Both the position numbers and the translations under genes were made by a program. The notes below the pieces were generated by a model that saw only the letters and a program-made list of their open reading frames with translations, had not been told where the DNA came from and did no database searches. From Carcharhinus longimanus (Eukaryota): 64,000 nt of DNA. The stretch spans positions 93,867,814 through 93,931,813 of the forward strand of contig JASCQW010000081.1 in assembly GCA_030264375.1 (NCBI GenBank), written 5' to 3'. Positions 13,865 through 25,800 of the stretch are shown here, piece after piece; positions within the stretch are counted from its first letter, which is position 1, and every line of letters begins with the position of its first letter.

Positions 13865-16800
13865 GTAAAAGGGGTATAGTCAATGACATCCTCACAGGAA
13901 TAAACAGCGGATCCACCGTGGTTAACAGTTAAAGGGAGTGATGAAAGATATCCTGCAACGGTCACTAGCCCAACAAGCCGAGCAGACTCTTTTAGGGGAG
14001 ACGGGTGCCCATACTCAACTAGATGGAGTCACAATATTAGAAACACACGACCGCACCATTAACCGCCTCATAGATAGAGAGAGAGAAAAAAAACACTGCC
14101 CGGGTACAACAGGGACAGCTGTGCCATGCGTACGGTCAGCAGATGATAGGCCAATTGAGACATAATTTGGACTAGGTACACAGGGGGGAGGTGCCCGATT
14201 GGATTGACAGCACCTAGCTAGCACAAGTCGCAGATCAGAAGGGGATGCTGGAGAACCGGACCTTAAAAGGATTGACGCGGGTGTATCCAGTGGTCCCCGA
14301 CTGCGAGGTTAGCGAGAACACGGGGATAGGGATGGAGCTATTAATTCCGATAGTTCCACCAGACTCGGACCATTCCCTATTTTCAAAATTGAGAACATTG
14401 GCGTTGTTAGAGGCAATACCTCCCTCCGCTGCCACCTAACCGAACTCACAGCCATCTCAAGACACGGCCTGATGTTCAGTACCTCCCTCTCGGGATGCAA
14501 AGGGGAGAGATAACCATTTCCCCTCACCCACTGAGACAAGGATAGGCAGCTGAATGTGGGTTTAATCAAACGCAGGGCTGTACCCTACAAAATTATATCT
14601 ACAGACCCACACTTTGCCCGGGCAGGATATGGAGGACGAGGCAGGTATTGTGTAGCCACAACAAAAACATCCTTTGTACACAACGGGCTGATATGCCCGA
14701 TCCCCAGCCCAAACTTCTGTTTCACCCCTCGCAGACCGGTCACAATTTGCCAAGTCCACATCACCAACATCCGTAGTAGGCAGGCCCTGACACTTAATGT
14801 CATGGACCCACTAAGAGATGACCTTAAATATTACCAAGATCCAGAACACGTTCCCATCCCACACCTAGCAGAAGTTCCGACAGAGCTCTGTCTCAAAGTG
14901 TTACACTCAGTTCGGTTATACCACCAGTTACAAACCCACATTAAAACCCTAGAGCATGATACAGAGTCAGCTTTACAGAGCCAGACATGGTTACAGAGGG
15001 TATGTAGACATCCACCCCTGGATCCGGATAATCTCACACATACTGGTTGCCATCCAACTCATGCTCGCAATGTCTTGGGGAGTAATAACGTGCTATACAT
15101 ACCGCCAGAGCGAGAAAACTAAAACTATGAGGGAACTAATTAGAATGATTGGCAACAGGGGACAACTAACTAATCAGGAAGACTTCTCCCGCATACACCT
15201 AATTTGACAAATCCGGGGCTCCCCTAAACTGTACGACTGCAGCGTGCAAATGCAGGGAGCACCGGACATAAAATTTTTTAAAGAAATCGGTCTGAGGGAG
15301 GCGGAACAAGTCCGCTCCCTACCGACAGCGGGGAACTGTTATCGGATAACAAATGTTATGAAATTGGTCACACAATATTGAAGCAGAATAAGATTACACT
15401 CAGAGACGCTCCACTAAAAATCACAAAGGAGCAGACACAGGTTTTAGGTTGCAAATGACGGCTAGCACACAAAGGAAGCTGGACAGGATAGCACCTACAG
15501 GAACTAAATTAAAAAACACACATCCCCACTCCACCAAATCAGCATTTCTAAACCGCACTTCTAAAGTCAAATAACCTATGGACACACCTAAAAATTGGCA
15601 TAGCTAAGGAGGCATCCCTGGCCCCTCAAATTTCCTGAGAATAATCACAAACCCATTGTTCAAACCCCGGAGATTCTAGACCATTAATAACCAATCAGAC
15701 AAAAACGATTAACACACACTTAAAACAATCATCCTAACACTTGAAAACGTCGAGACAGGATGGCTAAAGTGGATTACTGTAAATAAAGTATTAGCATTTG
15801 AATCGCATACTACACCGAAGTTCAGGTATAAATGTAGCCTGTTGCGGCGGGTCTTTAGAGTGCTTTCGGGACAGTCCGACTGTATGTCCTGACTGCACCT
15901 CCGTCGACGTAAAAGAAAATAAAGCTGTGCCGTTATTGAACTACACCCTGGGTCCGTAGTGGTCGCTTTGCCCACTCGCGCTAACACACAATCATGGAGC
16001 TCATACTCCAAGGGGCTATCCTCACTGTTTTTATCACACTTACGCTAGTCTAATTTGATTTTCGTTAAGGAAGGCGTCGATGGCCTGTTTCAATAGCCAC
16101 TCGTCACCCATCTGTGTCCTTCCATACAACCTACTGAGCTTCAACAGCCCTTGTTATTTTAAAGTACACAATCGCATGGAGATATATAATCCGTAATAAA
16201 AGTGGCCAATGTCGGAACCTCTCTACAGCCTATGTAATTTTGGCACGTCTTCGCATCTCCTGCCTCCCCAGGGGTTTCATTGCTGCATGCCACGTTCGAT
16301 CAGCTGTTGATCAAATGCGACCCTATCTTAACCAATTCATGTTTGTCAATGTTAATTTACAATTCAGAAGTACTTGCAACGTCAAGGCAAAACAATAAAA
16401 AGAAAGTTACTGTCGTATTTAATTTGTCTTACTGGCTTTTTGCAGTTCATCTTTTAGTTTCCTTATTTCTGATGGAGGAAACAAGAAATATATCTTCAGT
16501 TACAGGTGAGGATTTATGTGGCAACTGAGGAAGGGTACTTGCTGCATCCTCTGAAATAAATAATCCAAAAGTTATCATATTGCATATAATTTACTGCCAT
16601 TCTGCAAATGAAAAATAACTGATCACTCTATGCCCGCCTTTCTTCCCACATATTTTATTCAGTCACGAAAGATTAGCATTAATAACTATAATTATTAGAC
16701 TGAATCTGTTTTCAAACACTTAAGACATCAGTTACTGAAATAGCATCATGTTAAATTGAATTGATCTTAAAATTAATGAGTAAAATATTTCAAAATCAGC

Positions 16801-19800
16801 ATGTGAACAATGGCATATGTTCCCAAGTCTATCAGATTTCGAAGCAAGATATTACCTCCAGCGTCGACTCCTTTTGTTCAATTGCATCAGTGAAATAAAA
16901 TGATAAAAAATGTCAAAATTGTTATCACCAACGAACAGCTAAAAAAAAATCATCACACAAGCTGTATGGAATGCAATGTAGAATACCCAACACATCTTTC
17001 TTCGATATATTGACGTTGCTCAAAGCGTTCACATACCATTCTCTGACTTCAACATCAGTCATGTCCTCCTACTTGGTGAATAGCAATTCGAAGCACTCAT
17101 AACAAGTCTCACCCGCTTCCTGTGGCCCCACGCATAAATTCCCTCCGTTGTTGCTGAATGGGCCTATTCTTTCTCGTCCTCCTATTGTATGCATGAAAAA
17201 AAAGGCCTTGGCATTCTCCTTGATCCTGTTTGAGAAAAAAAACATTGGCTGGTCTCCTTTTGGCCTCAAACTTTCCTGCCTAATTTCCTCCCTACTCTCT
17301 CTATACTCCTCATGGGCTTCATCAGTATTAATTGCATACTTGTATGCCTATCCTTCAGCATGCTCTCTAGTCGATCGCCTGTAGAATGTTTCTGACACGG
17401 TAGCTGTCCCTCTATAATTTCTAATGAAAAAGCAAAGGTATTTTATCGTTGACTCCTCTAGTATGTCTTATCTGTCTTGAAAGTTAAAATAATTCTTAAT
17501 CAATGTTGCCTGATGTTCCACGTTTTACAAAGTTCTGTCTTACTGAACACTAATTGTCAAGAAGTATTTCGCTGGCAAACGTTTTGTTTTTAGAATCCCA
17601 CCTCAGGTTTCGTCACATTATTTTTACTTTGCTTTTGGTCGAACTTTTTTTTTATCCAGCCACAGTGTCTGGATATAGAAATGTACTACATGGTTGACTT
17701 TGCCCTTATTTCGAAATAATATTTAACATTTATTTCTGAAATGCTAAGACAGTGTTCCTTTCCAAGTTTTCATTTTGGATTATGGTAAAACACTTTACTC
17801 TAGCATGTCCTGACTGTGCCTTTCTTTATATATCACAAGTGCAATTAAGTGAGACATGGTTAGAACAGGCGGTTGTTTCTCACATTGTCGTTCAGTCTTG
17901 GATTTATTGAAATGAGGGAACATCGCTGAGCACCACCGCAAAAATGTACGAGAAAGATAGAAATATAGAAATTAGAAGAGGTATTAGGTAATTCAGTCCT
18001 TCAAACTCGCTCCGCGATTTTATACGATCCTGCATGATTTTCATCTGATCATTACTCTAATTCCCTGTTTTTCCCATTGCCCTTTATCCCGCTATTGATT
18101 TTTTTTTATTGAATCCAAAACGGTGATGCTTATTTCCTTCTCTGTATTGTTCATTGAACTAAAAAACTGAGGGATCCACAACTCAACAGCCAATCAATCG
18201 AATCTGTTTTCCAAAACTGATGCGTAAATGTTTTGTTTAACCTTTTGTTTTTGTTCTGCTACTAATTGCTACATAAATGACTTGATGGAACATATTGCAA
18301 AAAAAGAAAACTGGAGCACTCTAACGCATGTTTGAATGAAAAGGTTTTTTTATGTTTTGGCAAGATCCACCAGATTTGTTTTTACTTTGTTTTGGACATC
18401 ATCTGTAAGTTTTGGTTATTCCATGCAAGCGTGTTTGTTTCAATATTTTAGTTTGTCTTCTTCCATTCCCTTTTACATCAGTAATGAAGGAGGATGGACA
18501 GCTTGCGATTGCCTTGGTGAAATACCATGTGTTTCTTTTCACCCTTGCAGAACTGTGTCATTAAAGGCAGAAACTTCACAGTAGAGATTCAAAATGGTGT
18601 TGCATGAACGCTTGGCACGAGATTTGAACTGTGATGCATGATGAATGAAAGTTCTGTTATTGGGTGAGAAGTTGGAAGGCTAAACAAATAAGTTGCAATC
18701 GTTTTGGGGGCGTTTCTCATCACTACAACATTTACATATCAGGCACGTTTCTTTTAACACAAAAAACAGCGTACGGGGCGGCACGGTAGCACAGTGGTTA
18801 GCAGTGCTGCTTCACAGCTCCTGGGTTCGATTCCCAGCTCTGGTCACTGTCTGTGTGGAGTTTGCACATTCTCCTCGTCTCTGCGTGGGTTTCCTCCGCG
18901 TACTCCGGCTTTCTCCCACAGTCCAAAGATATGCGGGTTAGGTAGATTGGCCATGCTAAGAAATTGCCCCTTAGTGTCCAGGGCTGTGTAGGTTAGAGTG
19001 ATTAGTGAGTATAATATGTCGGGATATGGGGGGTAAGGCCTGGGTGGAATTGTGTTCAGTGCAGGCTCGATGGGCCGATGGGCCTTTTGCTGCATTGTAG
19101 GGTTCTATGATTCAACAATGTGCAGTTCAGCAAGAAAAATCCGTTCCTCCGCAGTTTTTGTTTGGAAATAAGGGCAAACGGGAGGCAGGTAGTTCTCATC
19201 GCAAAGCAGACTTCAAAGAACAACTTGGAGGAACATAAGAAAGTAGAAAGTAGGAGCAGAAATAGTCCATCTGGCCCCTCGAGCCTGCTCCACCATTCAA
19301 TAAGATCATGGCTGACCTTTTTGTGGATTCAGCTCTATTTACTCGCCCTCTCACCATGACCCTTAATTCCTTTACTGTTCAAATAATGTTCTATCCTTGC
19401 TTTAAAAACATTCAATGAGGTAGCCTCAACTGTTTCACTGGGCAAAGAATTCCAAAGACTCACAAACCTTTCGGTGAAGAAGTTCCTTTTCAAGTCATTC
19501 TTAAATCTGCTTCCCCTTATTTTGAGACTATGCCCCTTAGTTTTGGTTTCATTCTCAAGTGGAAACAACTTCTCTGCATCTATCTTATCTTTTCCTTTCA
19601 TAATCGTATCTGTTTCTGTGAGGTCGACACTCATTCTTTAAATTCCAATGAGTATTGCCCCTGTCTACTCAATCTCTCCTCATAAGCCAAATATCTCAAC
19701 TCTGGAATCAACCTAGTGAATCTGTTCTGCACCCCCTCCAGTGCCAATATGTCCTTCTCTCAAGTAAGGACAGCAAAACTGTACACAGTACACCACGTGT

Positions 19801-22800
19801 GGCCTCAAAAGCACCTTACACAGCTGCAGCACAACCTCACTCTTTTTAAACTGCATCTCTTTAGCAATGAAGGACAAAATTCAATTTGCCTTCTTAATTA
19901 GCTGCTGCACCGGCAAACCAACTCCTTAAGATTCCTGCACAACGACACCCAGGTCCCTCTGCACAGCAGCTTTTTTGCATTTTTTTTACCATTTAAATAA
20001 TAGTCCATTTTGCTGTTATTGGTACCAAAATGAATGACCACACATTTACCAACATTGTACTCCATCTGCCAGCCCCTCACCCACTCACTTAGATTATCTA
20101 TATCCCTTTGCAGGCTTTCAGCATCTTCTGTACAGTTTCCTTTTCCACCCATTTTAGTGTCATCTGTGATTTTTGACACACCAGACTTGCTCCCGAACTC
20201 CAAGCCATCTGTGTACAGGAGATACACGACATATATATATATATATAAAACGATATAAGTTACGGTTAGACCCATGAATAATGAGAGGAAGTATAATCCC
20301 ATGATCCTGAAAGGGAAGTATAATATGGAATCAGTTAAATAAGAAATGATCAGTTCAGTGGAGGATACGTGTGAGTGACCAGCACGGTAGTTACTTCAGA
20401 TGACGTTGGTGAGGCAGGAATGATATGTTTTCAAGTGTAGTATCCGTTATAGAACACATAGTGTTACATATTTTAATCATGTAAAGTATATTTTCAATTA
20501 TAAGTGATGCAGCTATTTATAAGTAATGGATATACACCAAGCTGTCATTAGAGGCAATATTGCATGAGTTTCAAAATACAGATTCTTCATTATGAATTGA
20601 CCTGACTCACAATCGTCGACTAGAAAAAGTGGAAAACATGATTGGAAGTCACAACACAATTATTTCGGATGACAAAACGTAATTTGTGGCCAAAATCAAC
20701 CAAAATGATAAGGGGAACTTTGAAAATTCAGAAATTCGAATTTTATCTCAAACCCGAGTAACATATTCAATTCAGTGCAACCAGTGCAACAATTCAGTGC
20801 AGACCAAAAAAAAAGATGTATCCGGCTGGTTTATGCAGAGAAAGGCTGAGAAAATTTAAAAGATAGTTGTATGGTACGAAGGACAACAAATATGCTACGT
20901 AGGACACTGACAATGGGCCGATGATAGTTCAGGCATGGGGCCATTTTTGGTATCCAAGAGGCCACTACCAATAAGGGTGGGCAACAACCCCTTCTCCATG
21001 ATCGTCCCCACCACTGGTGTTCTGCAAGGTTGTGTCCTCAGCACCTTTCTATACTCCTTATTTTCCTTTGAGTGCACAGCCAAAATCCGTTCCAAATTGG
21101 TTTTCAAATTTGCTGCCGACACCCCAATTGTGGATCGGATTTGGAACAATGACAAGATGCAGTGCAGGAAAGAGGAATGTAACCTAGGGAACTGAGACGA
21201 CGACAATACCCTTTCCTGCAATGTCAGCAAAATGAAGTGGATGGTCATCGACTTCAGGAAGACTACTGGAGGCATGGACCTGTCTACATCAAATAGGTGG
21301 AAATAGAAATGTTCGCGAGCATCAAGTTTTTAGATGTCCAGATCACCAGTAAAATTTTCTTGTTCCTCCGTGTAGGCACCATAGTTAAGACAGCTCACTA
21401 ATGCCTCTACCCCACCAGGAAAGAAAGCAAATTTGGCACGTCCTTTACAATTCACACCAACATCTCTTGTTGCAACAAGGGAAACATTACATATGTTTGT
21501 AATAGAGCTTATTGTGGCTTCTGCTCTGTCAAAGAAAATAAGAAACAATAGGGGTCATGAAGTCTAATCCAAGTCTAATCCTCAAACCAGCCTCCGATCC
21601 ATTGACACTGTCCAAACTTCCCCTCGACCTAGGAAGGACAATCAGCATATTGGTGCGTTTCAGGCACCTTGGACATACATTCTTCCAATTTCTCTCAAAG
21701 TGAAAAAGATACAGAAGTTTGAGAACACGGACCAATCGAATCTCAACACCTTCTTCCCTGCTACCTTCAGACTTTAAAAGGATCTACCTCACATGAGGTT
21801 GATCTGTCTCTGCACTCTAGCTAATACTGTGACCTACATTCTGCATCTTTTCTGTCCTCCCATACGTACGGCTTGCATTGTCTCTGTGGCACGCAAGACA
21901 TAATATTTCCCCTGTATACATGTGACAATGATCACTCGAATCAAATCAAATCAACCGATGATTAGACAGCTCGGTCAATCGCCGGATTCAGACACAACTA
22001 TGAGATGGGAATATCTAAGGATCAAATAGCCTGTGATGAATGACATGACAAGGCACTGAATCAATGATTCATTCCCATATCAAGGGTGAATATAATTGAT
22101 CTTGAGGAGGAAAAGTTTTCTCCTCTCTGGAGGCATGGTGCTGGAATGGAAGGAATGTGCAGTTTACAGGGAAAGAAAGAACGAGAACATAAAAACGATT
22201 TCGTTATGAATCTGAAACCAAAATTATCTGCATGTCCTTCATTTTCATCTAAGGTCCTAATTTTAGAGAGTAAAATTTGCAATACACGTCCCACACTTGC
22301 CATTGAAAATTTCGGCATGTTGTTCTCCGTAAGAGCTTCTACATCACCTGTAAATAAAGTAAGTTATTTCCGCTTGGTAGCATAATCAGGCAGCGAACTC
22401 ACCAATCAGTTGGTCTTTCAGTCTTTGAATTTCTGAAACAAGATGAAATGCTGCTCAGACCTTGAGAGAGAAAAAAAATCGCCATTCACTGCATCGAAAA
22501 AAACACAAAGAGGAGGAAAAAGTACTTGGAATTTTGTATATGTATCTATGATTTCATAATATAATATAGTAACGGCTGTAATTATAACGTGTTTATCTAG
22601 GCCAGTCAATTCAGCAGCGTAGCCTAGGGCGCAAGGGTATATTTTTAAAAGGCTCAGCAAACCATTAACCGCTACATTCTGGAACAACATGTGCCTTACA
22701 TAGGTCGGCAATTTCAGAATCCAGAAGAGAACACCTTGCGCGCGTACGCGCGGGCTTCTATAGGTCGGCAAGTTCCCAGTGCATACTCCCGTTCCACCCC

Positions 22801-25800
22801 GATGTCCCTGTATCGGGGGAAAAGCAGGGAACACAAGTATAAAAAGGACAATTGACAAGTGCTGCCGTCGCTGTGAAAATTAATGGTTAGTTCAGTCTCT
22901 TAGAGAACCAAAATATCAAGGCATTCCATTCGCATTTTGCCTGCCAGTGAATGGCAATATTAAAGCGAAGAAAGGCAGAATCCTTCTCATTAAATACCAC
23001 ATAAAATCAACCGTTCAAAGCACACTGCCGTCTCAAACGCTCGCCCCCTTGCCCTCAACGTCACTACCGTGTTCCTTGCCGCTGTGTTGAATGCGTCCAG
23101 GCCGAGAATGGAGAGGAGCGCTGGAAAATAACTAAAAATATAGGGTCCAATCACAAAATGCTGATCACAGTGACATTCATTTGTCACGAATTGTCTCAAC
23201 TTCCGACTCGCCTCAACCGGCCCAAGGCAGTTATGGATTCGCTTCAGACTCCGGGCAATAATTCAAGAAACCGAAACATGCCCTGGTTGCTATCCAACGC
23301 TGCAGTTTCTATAATTCCTTGCTGATAGTCACGGAGTGGGCAGTAACCTCCGAGAATCATTCATAGCGCAATCTGCAGGGCCAGTCACCAGCGGGAATAG
23401 GGATGATGGTTACTATCCATGCTGCTGGTTTTGTATGAGAATACGTCTAACTGAGGTTGCCTCCGACCACTGCTGTACCTTAAAAAAAAGAAGGCTGAGC
23501 ACTATTACAGCTGTCGATCTGGAGCTGCTCTTGGGGCTTGATCGAATTGAAGATGCGGGAGAGCTGGCTCGCTGCCTCCGAATTTAATGTGGGCGCGCTT
23601 ATTCGAAAGGTAGACTTGTGACAACACCGTTCAGGCACTTGAGACAGAGTTCCAAAGGCATCGAAAAATGTCATACGCTCACTGTCTCCAAGCAGCTATG
23701 TGCTCTAGACTCCTACTTGGGAGAGGAGCGAGGCCGAGAAGTTCCATCGACTTGGAGAGCATTACTTCTTTGGGCCCGATCTGAAAAATAACAATACTGG
23801 CCACATCGAGAATGCTGTTTCCATTCATCCATAAAGGTAACCCGGAGGCGGGACAGCTTTCCTGAGCAATCGAGCTGGGTTTCAAAAATGCTGTCATCAC
23901 TGCGCTACTTCCAAACCCCATAAAGCAATGTTGTTTCTAAATGTGCGCGAATATATTGGCCATTCTCGTAGTCCACTCAAACGTCGCAATTTCATGTTTA
24001 TTTTGCATGGTCAGTAACAAATGCGCGTCATAGCCTACTGCCGTCTCTGAGTTGTTTCTTTTTAGTGTTAATTTAAGGTTCGCAAGTTAAAATGCACGAA
24101 AAAAGTCTATATTCCAACAAAGTTGCTGAATGCTATTTACGGAGCTAAAATTCAGTTTCTGTTTTGTCTCTTGTAAGTACCTCTCTCTTTATATCTCAAT
24201 TCGTCTTCTGTTGTGATAAAATGAAGAGATATTAAGGCTCACGTCAAGTGTGTTTGACAGTAATTCAGAAAAAAATGTGTACTTAAGATGCACTGAAGCA
24301 CTCGATGTTTCATTGAAGTTACTTTCTTCTTTTTTCCCTTAAAATTATATTGACAGCATTACTCTAACTCACTTGACTCTGCATTGTGACGGTGAGAAGT
24401 TATGATCATGCATCCTATTTTCAAATTTGTTATGGACTGCTTCTCAGAGTACAACTTCGGCAGAATAAATTCTCAACTAACTTGTTGAGAGAGCCGAGTA
24501 CATCTCACGAACACAACCCTCATTGGATAACCGTTTCTTCCATCATTTATGTTTAAATTCCCTTCTGCTGCCACTAAAATTGTTGTAACAGTGTTAGACA
24601 CTAATTAGGTTGTCTACTCATGAAAGTAGCAAATTGGGTATTGTGGATCATTAGACTTGGTTTGCTGCTGAACAGTTTTATCTTCCACTCTGTAGCGTAT
24701 GCGTTTGAATTCACATTATAGGTAGCATGGAAACCAGTTCCAGAGAGTAGTTAGCTTCAGAGTTTGGCGATTAGGTCATCTTGAAACAAAAGATGGATGG
24801 CCACGGTTAGAAGAATTGTCAATGAGATGGAACGGAAGGCAGCAAGATTGGAATACTCACGTTGGCGGGAACTTAATAAATGGACAAGTAGCTAAATAAT
24901 GAATTGTACCTTTCCCTTTTAAATTGGTTGTTTTTATTTCATCGAGTATAACTCGATTACTGTGTAATGTTTGTATTGTTTGTGCTGTAGCGTTCTATGT
25001 TCTATGTGTAAACTCAACAGCTTGGGAAGTTAAATTATTTATATAAGGACAATCAGTCAAAACAAATTTGTTAAATAAAGCACTGCTGAAATGTTAGGAC
25101 AGATGGCTTACTTCGAAACATATAAATGTAGAATATTGGAGCAGAAGGAGGCTATTTGGCCCTTCGCATCTTTTCAGCCACTCATCACGATCCTGGACGA
25201 TCATCCAAATTAATAGCCTGATTATATTTTCTCCACATAACCTTTGGTCTCATTCGCGGAAAGTGTTATATCTGGCCACGGTAGCACAGTGGTTAGCATT
25301 GCTGCTTCACAGCTCCAGGGACCTAGGTACGATTCCTGTCTTTGGTCACTGTCTGTGTGGCGTTTGCACATTCTCTTCGTGTCTGTGTGGGTTTCCTCTG
25401 GGTGTTCCGGTTTCCTCCCACAGTCCAAAGGTGTGCGGGTTACGTTGATTGGCTGTGCTAAAAATTGTCCCTTAGATACGTGAGATGCATAGGTTAGAAC
25501 GATTAGTGGGTAAAAATGTAAGGACATGGGGGGTGGGACTGTGGTCGGTGCTGAATGACCTCTTTCAGCACTGTCGGGTTTCTATTATTTCTAACCGCTT
25601 GCTGCATAGAATACGTGTTCTGATATCAACTATTTGATGTGGTAATGAATTCCACAGTTTCATCACTCTTTGAGTAAGAAAATGTCTCCTCATCTCCGTC
25701 CTAAATCCTCAGGCTGCGAGCTCTGGTTTTGGATTATCCCACCATTCGGGTGCATCCTCCATTCATCCACTCTGTCTAGTCCTGTTAGAAATTTTTAAGT

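Larger units (their letters stand above)
13448..15986 (+). mobile_element. Endogenous retrovirus, 3' portion (env + PPT + 3' LTR), 5' part lost in an assembly gap
   Basis: Degenerate env, then a purine-rich tract (acagcggggaac, ~15325-15336) and an LTR bounded by TGTTA...TAACA. Host repeat sequence resumes at 15987 (homologous to ~270). Confidence 0.88.
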
